Shown here: one piece after another, positions 51,096 through 64,000 of the stretch
Numbering within the stretch: position 1 is the stretch's first letter
Layout of the letters: the number at the start of each line of letters is the position of its first letter
Assembly (NCBI GenBank): GCA_030141605.1
Contig: JAQGDQ010000228.1
Span: 186,001-250,000 of the forward strand
Source of the DNA: Tubiluchus corallicola
Taxonomy: Eukaryota > Animalia > Priapulida
Direction: 5' to 3'
Length of the DNA stretch: 64,000 bases
The notes under the pieces: generated by a model
What the model saw: the letters and a program-made list of their open reading frames with translations, nothing else
What the model was told of the DNA's origin: nothing
Databases searched by the model: none
Program-made: the position numbers and the translations under genes

Positions 51096-51809
51096 CTAAA
51101 TAAAACATTATCGAATAAATTATTATAATAATCAACTGCCAAAAAAGTACAACGCATGTAAAGTTGCACTGATGAAACATAGCGAGTATTCGCAATTATC
51201 TGTAAAACATTATGATGTAAAATACATGCAAAATCAACTGAAATAAGTTTAGCCACGAGTATAAAGCTGGCTTCCCAGCCTCAAAGTCCCGCTAATACAA
51301 CAACGAGCCTCCCACTTAATCTTATATAGGCCATTGAAATAGTATGAAGCACGCCACCTACTGAAAATAAAACCGTCTTCTTAGTTAATAGGAATTTCTA
51401 AGGACTTTAAATGGCCTCAGGGGGGAGCTGTAGCTCAAAAAACGGGGGTTTCTTAGCAGTATAATGTGAGCATCCCTGTTAGAACAAAACTGACTTCCGA
51501 GGAAGTAGTTATGGACTTTTAGCTTGTCCAAAAACAACATCGTAAAAATCGTCATTTTTTAAGTTTATGACACACATGTATTATGTTCATTCAAAACACA
51601 TGACGTTGCAGGGTCCAAGTTTTTCACTCTCTCACTCTAAAAGTGCAAAAATTCATTTATTCATTCAGTCACTCTTTCCCCAGAAACGATAAGATAACAA
51701 AATGGCTATCATAATTATCTTGAATATGCAATATTTATTCTTTATCAGCTATTGCTTCAATTATAATCCTAAATAACTTTATGTAAAAATTAATGTTATA
51801 TGTACATAC

Positions 51810-51873
51810 GTACACCAGTGTATGACTGTCGCTCCTCCAAGTTACTGTTCTGCAGATTTGCTGATGGTGTCGC
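51810..51873 (-). other. Candidate upstream (5' UTR or coding) exon of the zinc-finger gene
   Basis: Strong acceptor TTTTTCTTATTTTATAG|GCG and donor C|GTATGT; 64 nt and more GC-rich than its flanks. Confidence 0.45.
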
Positions 51874-52419
51874 CTATAAAATAAGAAAAAACGTATAATG
51901 ATGTCAATATAAACGCCTTTATATATTTAGAAAACACCATGACCATAATCATTATCATCGTCCTCGTCATTAACGTTATCATTCTCATCATTGACCATCA
52001 TCAACATCACCGTCCATCTTCATCACCACCGCCACCGTCATCGTTATTGTCGTTGCCGTCGCCATTTATCACCGCCATCATCATCATTGAAACGCCAAGC
52101 TTTATCAATGAAAAAATGGCGGCACGGCGGCTGAAGAAAATGGCAGAAAATATTTTTATTGAAACGTGTTCAAATGCATTACACCTTCTCTCAATGATAG
52201 AGGCGTCGTGGAGGTGAAGCAGAGTTCAGCACGATATTTTATAGCGCCTCTGAAGCAGCATAGGACCGTGAAAAAAACGACTAAACAGAATCCGGCTATA
52301 AATATCTGCTACTATAAAAATAAATAGCCCTATATGAGACGAGCACATTTTTACGTGGAAAAATACGTATCAATTTTCATTTTTGAGTTCATTCTGCCCC
52401 AGACTCCTATAGCTGGACG

Positions 52420-53303
52420 TCATAGTTATTGAATAACATAGTAATACAGTGTCGCCATTTGTTTAGGCTATCGGTCATATACTTTTTTTTTACTTAATAA
52501 ACACATGAATAGCGAATTGTTTTGGACTTAATCTAATAAAAGTTTGGTGTACTGGCTACAAATGTTGAGACATGTATGTCGAAGTGTAAAAACAAAAATC
52601 TCGTGTTTTGAAAGAGTGTACGTATTCATTTTTTGCCAGAGATATCTCGGACTTCATACAGACAAAAAGTGACATAGGGTAAAGTAAGTCATCTATGTAG
52701 TATCCACAGCCAATGAGAAAATTGAAAGAATTAAGCTGTAAAGAGACAACATCTCTCTGTAATTCCAAACAATGTAATTACCTTCAACAGTTAGAATTTA
52801 TCTAAAAAAATCAAATTTTGTATTTAACTTTGAAATATATCCATGGTGAAAAGTTACATGACCAAAAGAAGGCTTACATATAGTTTTCTATTACACTTAA
52901 TGTAAACCACTTGTTTGCCTTGAACCATTTTGAATATATACAACATCTTTATTTTTCATTTGAATTTACAATTAATAAGTAGAGTTGCTTATGCACACGT
53001 TTGCTTCATAATCGTCTTATTGTAAAGACTGATCATACTCAGTCTACGCGTAGAATATCAGTCGTCTATCTTGCACTGTTTTGAGGGTTTACAGTATTTT
53101 TGATAAAGTGACCTTTGACCTGTAACAGCGCCATACATATTAGATTTATACTTCAGTCCTGGAAACTGGCTGATACATTGATTTGATCAATTCTCTTCCA
53201 CGGGCAATTATGTAACCAAATACATTATTAAGTAAAAAAGTTTATGATCGACAGCTTAAACAAATGGCGACACTGTAATCTATTAATTTGTTCAATAATT
53301 ACG
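52420..53303. mobile_element. Element bounded by about 80-bp inverted repeats
   Basis: TACAGTGTCGCCATTTGTTTAGGCTATCGGTCATA...TTACTTAATAA (52445-52500) is the near reverse complement of TTATTAAGTAA...TAAACAAATGGCGACACTGTA (53225-53277). Confidence 0.7.
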
Positions 53304-54660
53304 CTTAATGCTTAATACAGTCTATCTTTAATCTCTCAAGAAAAATGTTGATATGTGCTTGTACAAACTTTAAAAGGTAAAATAGTTATTGAAATACAAA
53401 ATAGGCCATTTACTTCTTCTCATTGCCTATAGGCCTATTCGTGTACTAAAAATATGAAATGAACGAATGTGAAATAGATTAGAACTGCGATTTCATGTCG
53501 GTCGAACTGTTGGCATTAGATTTCGAAAAATACGTTTAGTGTCTGTGAAATTATGAAACATTAGCTTGGTAAGTTGGTATCCCACGAACTGCAGGCTACG
53601 CCTAGTACGCAGCGCTGTTTCATCAAGGCAAATTTCTGAATTTGTATGAAATTTTGTGTAACTATAGAAGTGAATATTAAACTGCGTTTTTAGCGTTTTT
53701 TCCTGAGCATAACTGTAGAATCCATACAGGCCTACTGCACACTTTCATGCAGCTGAATAAAATTCAATTCAAGGACAGCAACGCTGGAGAAAAATCAATG
53801 AAAACGTCTGGCTGTAAAAATCAACGTTCTTGTTGAAGGTAAAGCATAAAAACTGTTCCAGGCTTCTTTTGGAAACATACAAAATGGTACTCGCGTGCAT
53901 GATTGATGCAGCTTTGCGTAGATGTATTTCTTTAGATAAAAACTGCCGGATTTTTTTACTTACGTCTATCTTGAATATACCTACTATAAATCACTGTACG
54001 CTGAAAATATTAAGCTTGCAAAGATGCGTATACAGATGCTTGTACAGATGGACTCAGTAAAGTAAGATTCTAGTAATGAATTTTTAGTTAATACAAGTTA
54101 TGTTGGATTGCATTTACAATAACGTGATAAAGTGAAATATGCAGAATTTCTGTAGTCTTCTTTCAAAGACCTGTTTTAACACTTTCGACCAACTTGAACA
54201 ACGTTCATGATATCTTTGTGATGTACGAATATTAGGTCTAAATTGGGTTTTGTATTACCAAAATCGCATCCTGTGTATGTCATATCTGGCTTTCTGTTAG
54301 TCGCCCTTGACAAGAAACTGATCATTTCGCACCCCATTAGCTGTATTGTAGTTTGTTATTTCAGATAAGTTATTAATTACTGCCGATTGGAAACAGAGGA
54401 GCGATAATCAAAAAACCCGTTAAAATTGTTCTGATATGAAATTTTTCTCGGTTTGATGCAATTGCTATTACCATTTCACGCTCACAGTAGATAGTATGGA
54501 CTGAGCGAGTATACAGTGAAAGGGTTAAGAGACAAGGATACAAATAGATCTAATAAGAAAATGGACTATTACGCAAGGGACTGGTGGATTCTCAAGGCCA
54601 GTTAGTCCAGGAGCCCAGACGATTTATTCATCTGATATGAAGGGAGCTAAAGTTCCAAGC

Positions 54661-54910
54661 CCAGAAATAGATTGCTTACGAGTCAAAGCCACCAAACTGA
54701 CCACTTACGTGACCAAAAATGGCATTTAATCTGTGGAAAGGTCCAAAACTAAAAGTCATAGCAACAATCATTCTATGAATCATCCTGAGTAAGAAATGAC
54801 CAAGTCCAGAAATGGATTGCTCACTGGTCAAAGAGACCAAACTGACCACTTACGTGACCAAAAATGGCACTTAATCAAAGGAAAAGGTCAAAGGCTAAAA
54901 GCTATAGCAA
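54661..54910. repeat. Tandem duplication (period about 145 bp) of a dispersed repeat also seen at 8780-8870
   Basis: ACCAAACTGACCACTTACGTGACCAAAAATGGCA occurs twice; ATCATCCTGAGTAAGAAATGAC is shared with 8851-8872. Confidence 0.7.
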
Positions 54911-56504
54911 ATATAGTTTAAGGGTAACGTTTAAGAGTTTAATATTACGTTTTTCGCTCTTGGCAGTTGCAACGCTTCACTGGTCAAGAAATTATTGTAA
55001 TATAGAAAGTCAAACAAAGGAGAGATAGAAATAGAGAGGTTGTCATGTGACACACAAATTAGGATGATGAAGTATTTACAAAGTGAGAAAGCCACACAGT
55101 GAAGGTCACGAGATAGTTACATGCATGTTTGCAAGCATTTTTTTATTATTTTGATTTTACAGTTGAAGTTAGTTCCAGAAGCAAAAAACATAGCAGCTAG
55201 AAAAAAGTCAAAGCATGAAGAACCGTATAATTGTAATTTTAATAATAATAATCAGACAATGAACTCAGATCCAAATCAGCCAGTATGACCACATTTACCA
55301 TTTGAATACGCCTGGTCCAGTGCGGTTTACTCAAATACTGTAGATTATTATGCGCATGTGTGACTGACCAATGTGCACGCTGCTCATGACTAATTATCAC
55401 TTGATCACTATCGCCTGGTCAGTGCGTTTTAGCAATGTGTGTCTGAGTAGTTTGCCCTAATTTTTACATTTGGCTCTTATCTCCTCACTTAAACAATTCC
55501 AGCTTTTTAACCTTATCACTGTCTGCTTCCCTAATTCAGGTGCTTACTATCCTACAAGTTTCACGATTCTAGGTGCTACGTTTCAAGAGGAACTCAATTT
55601 GCGACTGGATGTCTAAATCTCGAAGCCTCACCTGATAAAATGAAACCAGTGTATAAGTTCACTTAGAATCCGCTGTTCGCAGATAACAAGCGGTATATGT
55701 GCTGCAACAGTTGAAAAGATGATGAATGTAAAGCAATAAATGTTTTTTAGAAAATTTTAATGCTGAAATTTTGTACAAATTATTCTAGAAGTGTGACCTC
55801 TAAATATGGAAAAATGACCTTGCAAGTTAACAGGAACAATACGCTAGATGGGCTCTATTAATTTAATCACTCAAAAATCATGGAGCTAAACACGAAAGAG
55901 TATCAATTGTCTTTCTGAATCTGTGATCGCGTTTGTAGAAATTGTTCAAAGAACTATATTCATCTTTGTAGTAAACACTCCAATATTTTTGTACACAATT
56001 CCTGGGATCATTTGTAAATTGCCAAATTGTTCATGACGGTCGCGTTTAAGATACGAAACTCAGTACGATGTCTTTCCCAATTTAGTTGGGTTGCTAAAAC
56101 TATTATAAAAACAGCATGATTACAGGCAACGCGCAAAATTTAGACATTTTACATTCCTTGGGCGTTTTAGATAGTACCTATGTGTTTCATTAAAAGGGCT
56201 TAATGAGCGTTTTAGATGCGTTTTGTATGGATCTATTAATAATAGCATTTATTATAGTTAGTATTTATAATATTTAATATTTAAAATAGCTAAGATCTAT
56301 ATAAAATGCGTACATTGCCTCTGGTAAAATGTAAAATGAACGTAACTTTTCCCAGACAGTTGATTGCTTTACTTAGGCATTGTATAGAATGCGTAAAACG
56401 ATTTAGTCAACGCATGTATTAAACTAAGCACGTAGTTCTTTAAATAAGCCAATTTTACTGGCAATGGGCCAATATCTCAGACATGCTGGTTGACCAGATG
56501 AACA

Positions 56505-56690
56505 ATTTTCAAATACTATACATAGGAATCCTCCTTAGCAACAAATGCACTTACGAAAAAAATGTAGAACATCGAATTAAAGAAGGTCAGGAGGCTTTTG
56601 GGAAACTCGCAATATGAGTCTTTAGGGAAAAATTATCAGAAACTCGTGGTCTATAAAGCTATCCTTTACATAATCTGGCTTTATTGGAAT
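56505..56690 (+). mobile_element. Decayed RTE LINE fragment
   Basis: Degenerate FKY..GILLSNKCTYEKNVEHRIKEGQEAFGKL...KLVVYKA, homologous to the post-RT region of 29440-30296. Confidence 0.6.
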
Positions 56691-59608
56691 CCTTTCCATT
56701 TCGTTTCTCTGTTCTTTTTCTCTTTTTCTTTACTCTATTACTTTACCTTTACTATTCTCTTTTTTCTATAAATTCTTTCTCTGGTTAGCTAGTCTGGAAA
56801 CGTTTTTTAACGTTTATTATTCCATGAAACGTGTTTTAATGTATAAATGTTTTTGTTAGTTTTTTATGATACAGAATAAAATAATCACGTTGGAAGGCAA
56901 CTACATGTTTGGTAGCAGCGTACAGGTAGTTGAACAACTTCTGGTAAGCGAGTTAACCTAGGATATGCGGCAGAAGTGATTCAACGATTTCTTTTTGGAA
57001 CATGTCAGAAAGGACATTAATGTTGCTAAAAACACATACAGAGTCAACGGGCGAAACAGTAACCTAGTAACATAAGCATTTGATTCAAATATTACTCTAA
57101 TGATGGTGCAAACTCCCAATACATTATTTTTTGTTTTCTTCTAAAAACGTCAGTAAGATCAAAATTAATCAAACAAAAATCACCTATTTAGTTGATTTAT
57201 ATATAGGTAGCAGTGCTCTAAATAAGGGTAACAGTTTCTCGTCTGGTTACCCGTGCAGTTTGCGATTTTGTGAAATTGAAGTCTAATTGATGACAGGCAG
57301 AAAATCCAACTTCGAGTCGTTTTAATTATTTAAATTTTAGGTTGCTAATGTGAAGATTTGTAATAAAGTCATAGTTTTACTATTTGTTGCTATATGTGTG
57401 CACAATTACACACCAGATATTTACCTTTAGGTACTTTCCAAATTAATCTAAAGATATTTTATGTACCGCGTACAATGACCTTTGTTTGTACAAAGCGGCC
57501 TTTTTTATTTTGCTGACATAAGCAAGAATCCGAAAAGAAAAACTGGCTGTTGGGTACTCTTGGTACCATTGTGTACTTTGGTACACAAAACACTACTGCA
57601 CCAAGAAAGCGGACTTACAGTGATCAAGTTTAGTGTGAAAAGTAGCTGAAACTTTAAAGTTGGGACAACTAGAACCCTTACTCCTGCATGGAATGCGCAG
57701 ACAGGAAAAACTGTAAGTATCTTGCTGTTCGGACAGTTTTTATTTCGTTCGATTATTAATCGTTCAGAAACGATTATTAACGTATTCATGCATAAAAACG
57801 TTATAAAAATAAAAAACAACAACCGATCTTGTTGATTCTATCTCAGTATTCGCGCTTTGGGTTATATGTGCGGTTGATATACTAATTCTGATTTCTTACT
57901 GCTCTCACTGTTGTTTTTGCTTAGCTATACCTTACCGAAATAAAAAAAGATTTTTTTAAATACAAATCAAAATGAACCGCTCAGTTACTAAGCACAAAAC
58001 TGAGAAATGTTTCTGCCAAGGCATCGATTAAATGTTTCTAAGGAAAATGAAATAAAAGGCACAGCAGTTTTTTCGTTATTAAACAGTCGTTTGAAAAGGT
58101 TTCATAAAGTTTCTTTGAGATGTCTTGAAAAATAAAGAGTTGGTAGTGTATGATCAAATGTAAAAATCTTGGTAGCTCAATGTTTGAATTAAGAAGTGAA
58201 AATTCTTTTCGACGAGCCCTGAATTTGTCAGACTCGACTAGCATACGCGAGTGGTGAAGTAGGCTGGAGCGCATCACTAAACTAACTTCATTCACACCTC
58301 TTGCCAACTTGTATATAAGTTATTGCAAGTCAGGTTAAGATTAACTTAGTGCAAAACGTTAATCCATGTGTACATATCATGCAGCTTATGCTTTTGAGTA
58401 CAAACTTTAATTTGTAATTGTGCCACCAAGTCACTATCACAAATAATGACTCATTAAAATTAGTCAAACACATATTTTTTTTAAAATTCCAAAAAATGAT
58501 TTTAGAATGTGACACATCTTAAGTGAGTAAGTAAGTAAGTAAGTAAGCAACTTATTGTCATCATAGTATAATACATACAATGAAATTTATGTGGTTTTAT
58601 GTACTGCAATAACTTATGGAAACTATAAACACAAAGATAGGAGGTTATTAAGGAGATTAACACAAATAATTCAATCGGTTGTACAGTGACATACCGAATT
58701 AATATTGGACATTTACTGAAATTTACTGTTGACGATGTGAATTGCAACGGGATAGAAAGAATTTAAAGTTTTTGTGGTTTTACCTGGATGGAATTCATCT
58801 TTCATGATAACTTTTCATTTTGGTATACGGTTTCCAAGTTAATCAAAACATGTCAGTGAAAACACTGACATCTATACATGCCTGTGAGAAACAATTATTT
58901 TCTGTATACGTATAACTTAGCCGGCAAGCCCAAAACAAGACCAGAAACAGTTTCGTTCGCTCAGTCTGCTGACCAGTTTGTATCTATAACAGGGGGACAT
59001 GTTATATGCAACAAGGTAGAGGGGACCTTGATGCTTACTGCCTGAGTAACAGTACTAATTTTCAGGTCGGCCTTGTGGGTGGTACGGGCCCATTGGTGGG
59101 ATCAACCACCCACAAAAAGCCACGTTAGTGCAAATTTGTGCATGGTAACAAGAGGCAATTCAATGTCGCACGTAAAAACAAAGGGCAAAGTTTCCACAAA
59201 CTATTTTCCAAATCTAACCTTGTAATCTGTACCGTTGCTATAGGTAAACAGTAATGTCACTAACATTTGTGACACGAACATCTTACATTATTAGCTACAT
59301 TTCGACCTGCTGGGCTTGACAGCATCGGGACCAGCAATGACACGACTACTAAGAGAACGTTTACTAGTATAAAACACTTAGTATAAAGTATTTAGCAAAA
59401 GTTCGAATATACGGAAAGTATTCGTTTTGCACATTGCCAAAGTCACTTTACGCATTTTATATGAATCCTAATTATCGAACAAAACGTCTAGGTAAAGTGT
59501 GAAAAACTCACGGCAAAAAGATTTATTTCACACTTTTTCCAAGATGTTTAAATGTTGTATGAAATGCATACACATTTTATAAAATGCCCAAATTTTACAC
59601 ATTGCCTG

Positions 59609-59610
<2 letters not shown>

Positions 59611-59640
<30 letters not shown>

Positions 59641-59738
59641 TGTATGTATGTATGTATGTATGTATGTATGTATGTATGTATGTATGTATGTATGTATGTA
59701 TGTATGTATGTATGTATGTATGTATGTATGTATGTATG

Positions 59739-59770
<32 letters not shown>
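59611..59770. repeat. (TATG)n plus (TA)n microsatellite
   Basis: Directly visible; explains the MYVC and YIHT ORFs. Confidence 0.98.
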
Positions 59771-61681
59771 ATGCGCAGAAATCAGTAATAAAACTGGATA
59801 AAATTCCTGTTATGCAAGCTTGTGAATATGAAGCGGTTAAATCGCAAAAGCTTAAACAATACTCCAAAAAAGACCTAAACATTCCGATGTGGTGCAAAAC
59901 TCCACTGCTCTCCCAACGACAATCCAGATGCGTCACTGCTTTAAAATTCCATTTTTGCAAACTATATTTCCACTACAATTCTTAAAAGGGGCCATGAGAT
60001 ATTGGTTAACATAACTAAACATAAATGATCTAGCACGATATTATCAACCTGAATGGCTATCAAGTTTCCCTGCGTAACAGAAAATAAAATGAGTCGCATA
60101 CATTCAAGTTGCTATAGGGATGCTATGAGCATGACCCCTATACATGACAGTACAGCCAGCTGTTTTAAGCTTTAATTTTATCTTACCAAAGTTTAGAAAA
60201 AAGCAACTCAAATTTATAACTTAAAGAGTATTAAACAGGAAATTCAGAGAACTTCACGTTTTCAATTAATGAACCATAACACCTTACAATAGACCTACAG
60301 CATATAAAAGTGCAGTCTTTGACCTTGATGGCGTGATAAGATCAGATTTGATGACTCTTCACTGATATAAGAAGTTTCAATGTGACTTTCTAATCAAGAC
60401 AGAAAAACCTATTTTGTTTTAGTGAACAAGGAAAAGTTACCAGACGATTTATTGCCAAGACGAAGAAATGTTTATGATTGCGAATGATTTGTTGGCAGAA
60501 AAACAAAAATAAATTATAATTGTAGAAATTTTAAGATTAAATATGTTAAAATAGCTGATAACAGACCTTTTCTACTCTTAGTGTAATGGGGGTGGTATGG
60601 TGCGTAATTAAATACAATTAATTAATTGTGTGTGTGTTTATTGTGCTGCATTATGTCATTTCAATATTGTGCATGAAATAATACAAAATTTCATAAAATC
60701 TACAGCCTTTCCCCAAAAAGGACCTTGATATAGTCATTTTGGTGCTGCAGTCTTTGGTTTCAGTTCAATATACTCGATATCCGTCACAATGGCTGTAACA
60801 AATAGAAAAGCAAAACTGCCAAATAAACAGTTTCATGGCTTCGTTCCCAATCTCAATTTAATATTCAATACTCATAAGTATGACATGATTCTGGCTCAGG
60901 TGGATTATTCTATGGTGGTCTTACTTGTTAAAAATTTAACAAAAACCGGCCTGCATGTTATGAACGTGAGACAAGACAGCGGCTAGGATAGAAATATCAT
61001 TACAGCATGACAATAATTTTAATGCCTCGATAATAAATATAGAGTGGTATGTACTAAACTAATTCTCTGACGTCTCAGTCGCACTTATTTAAGATACTAA
61101 ATACTAAGATATTTAACTTAGACACTAAATCAAGACGCAGTGAATTACAAATTCTTAGGTAGACTAGAAGAAAATCACTAAAAGGTGCTTCTATAAAGAT
61201 CTGGGAACGTATTTTCAAAATTGGGCAACGTAGCCAGTCTTATCAGTTTGATTATGCTGAATCCGAAAAAATTGTTGCCAGCTTGAAAAATTAGAAAAAC
61301 AAAATGCCAGCTTGAAAAAAATCAAAATGGCCACCAAGTTTTTTCTCACAAACTACATAAATCAAAAGAAATTCACAGAAAAATTAATATTAGAAGTGAT
61401 TGTGACATCTATTCCAGAACAGGTGGGCCCAAGTAATGCGTTTCTAATATTTTCATCTCAAAAATTGCCGCCACGCAAAGCGAAACCATGACAATCATTA
61501 TATTAACTGCTTCACCTAAAGATTTACTGTAAAAACAAAACGGAAATTATTCTATCAATTCAACTTCTTGAATCTAAAAACTGTTAGACCACAAAAAGGA
61601 TGTAAAAAGACTTCAACAAGCAAAAAAACAAAATGGCTGCCTCGCTTCGACAAGCAGAATGGTAAAAGACTTGCTCATTTT

Positions 61682-61831
61682 ATCATTAGTTAGATTATGA
61701 CTGTCATTGCCACAGTGCTTATGAACCATCGCAGTTTATTTTCAACAATAATTACCCATTACGAGTAATGAGTTGGCGAAAGAAAAGAGGTGCTGAAAAA
61801 CTGTCCTCTAGTTGGGATTTGAACCCGATTA
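61682..61831. mobile_element. Single-arm copy of the 11428-11707 foldback element
   Basis: ATCATTAGTTAGATTATGACTGTCATTGCCA...AATTACCCATTA...GGGATTTGAACCCGA aligns to the left arm and loop of the full copy. Confidence 0.65.
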
Positions 61832-64000
61832 GTAAACAATTACCCGTTGATACAATGATCACATCATTTAATTATTGTTTTTCTAAATATATAGCAAAAA
61901 GATACAAATGCCAACAATAAGTTAAATTCAACGTAAAAACGTGATACAATTAATGGAATGATTTGAGTACGTACGTATTCGTTAAAAATACTTCAGTATA
62001 CATGAAAAATAGTTATATAGTACAAGTGTGCATAACAGTTCAACAATACAACAGTACAAGTGTTGAACAAAAGATACCAGAAAAAAGGCAGAAACACTGA
62101 ACGTAGTCTAAGGCCTAGACAGAGTAATTTAGATTTTTAATCTGTAAAATCACTTTATTGAAATTGAAACTTTGACAGTGAAATTCAGCAAAGCACGTTA
62201 GAAAAGTCACATTGCAAAATTTTATTTAAAGGAAGGAACAAATCACTTGGCATTTTCTTATTATTTTACTGCTATCACTTAAATTTAGAAAAATATAACA
62301 AAGAAATTTGCAAAAACTGCTTATAAAACATATAATTAATTTATACTACCGTTGTATAGACATTTTCACGCACGGTGGTAGCGTCACTTGGAAATTATGG
62401 AGCAACTGGTAGATTTCGCAAGTGCATCGTGGCCCTTTCCGTAAGCTATGCGCACACTGCTTAATTCAAACTTCTGTAGCTTACTTAATGTTCGGCTCAA
62501 AATTAACAATCTAATTTTTTGTAAAAATTCATACTTTCATCGGAAATTGACACTGCGCCATTTTTCTTCAGTCGACGAGTGACGTCATTGTGGAAGAATG
62601 GACATTCAAAACGGGAGCGCCCAAATGTGAAATGATCGCGATTTTAAAGTGATTTTACTACTACACGAGGCGCTTATCACACTTGCTAAATATTATTACT
62701 TACTTATCACACTTATTGCTAAATCCCTCTAGCACTTTTCGCGCACATTGAAATAAGTCCAACTTCCCTTGGCCTTCCCTTTAAATAAGCCTTTTATCGG
62801 TATTGCGATTGATACTATTTAAGCATGCGGTAAGACTGCGAAAAAACAAAAAGCATTAACTTATTGAAAACCCAATAAAACCAAAAATATGGTGTAGCTA
62901 ATTTTTGCAAATCAGTAGACAGGTAGCCTTACTGACGACAGTCATTGCTTTGCCGTGTTTTTCTTTCAAATCCTTCGTCTGCCGTGTTCTATCTAATATC
63001 TCGTGTGAATCAATATTTCAGATAAGAAAAAGGACGGAAAGTTCGCCAACAGCTACGCATAACCTTGATGTACCCTTGATGTACCCGTATTACCTGTGCA
63101 TCGACTGTGAGTGCATCGTTCTATTATAGACTGACAGAGCGGACGCGATCACAATCGAAAGGGATGGTTGGGTTTCTAATGGCATTGCAGTTGCACTCTT
63201 TCACCTACGCATGCGGTAGCCAGTAGGTTTATGCATTAATTTTGTTGGTGCATAAAATACTGAGCAGGTTCATCGCTTACGTCCCAGTTTAGTAGACATA
63301 GTTTTTGAAGTTTTAATTAATTCCATTAATTCTATTTCAATTCTATTTAAATAAATAATTTCGAAATTGCATGCTTTTTATTTACATAAAAACACTGAAA
63401 CTGAAGCACATTTTTGTACTGTACATACATTGACTTTTAGTTAGAGATGGTGACCCGGAGGGGTAGACAAATGACGCCCGACATCGTAACAGACTAGATA
63501 TTAATGTGACTGTAATCTTAATTCATTCACGTAAGCTTTTTCTTCAACGTAATAATTTAGCGAAACGTTAAAGGACATTAAAAAATAATATGTCCGCGCA
63601 AAAGTGACTTTCGTAATGCAGAGAACTGAAGTCTGTCAGTCGCCAACATATTGAACGTTTATGTATAAGACTTCCGGTTCCTCAAACAAAGAAATCCGTG
63701 GCGTTCATAGAAACTTCATGCTTCTTAATGTAAGAGACGCCCAAGTCTGACACTGTTGGTCAGCAAGCTTTATTTGCCCAGGCAATGTGTGAAATCGAAT
63801 CGTCTGCTATTTTTAATTTATAAAGACTATAACAAAGTCTTAAAAGTTTTTTTTCACGTCTTCTGAGACAGGAGGATTGTTATACAAAATAATATAATGT
63901 ATCACTCGCACGCCAAAGTTCAGATTTAAATAATGTCATAAATAATTTATAGACGATATTTTCGTAATTAAAAATGTACGACATTGAATAGCACAGAGTT

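Noticed and set aside
51939-52217. His/Pro/Ile-rich 92-aa ORF
   Set aside because: Translation of a decayed (CAT)n-like low-complexity tract.

Overview
AT-rich, intron- and repeat-rich genomic DNA from an invertebrate animal. It is not prokaryotic: there are no operons, CRISPR arrays, rRNA genes or intact tRNA genes. Four genes can be reconstructed by hand. (1) The last exon of an NK7-family homeobox gene (2485-2952 +), missed by the ORF track. (2) A complete 3-exon Tlx homeobox gene (22615-31079 +, 257 aa), about 20 kb downstream of NK7 across a gene desert, so NK7 and Tlx look like an NK-cluster remnant with no Lbx visible. (3) A stefin-type cystatin with an intronless CDS and an unusual signal peptide (31812-32198 -). 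(4) A 7-finger C2H2 gene resembling Drosophila datilografo (at least 5 coding exons, 51062-42046 -, about 462 aa). The rest is LINE fragments (RTE, CR1, L2/Crack-like), tRNA- and 5S-derived SINEs, hAT-type MITEs, foldback elements, two large minisatellites (32-bp and 35-bp units) and microsatellites. The most intriguing hypothesis is a strong, in-phase cryptic acceptor in Tlx intron 2 that would fuse the homeodomain to an uninterrupted RTE reverse-transcriptase fragment. Family assignments come from recalled motifs, not database searches. I see no firm evidence for a wholly new biological system.
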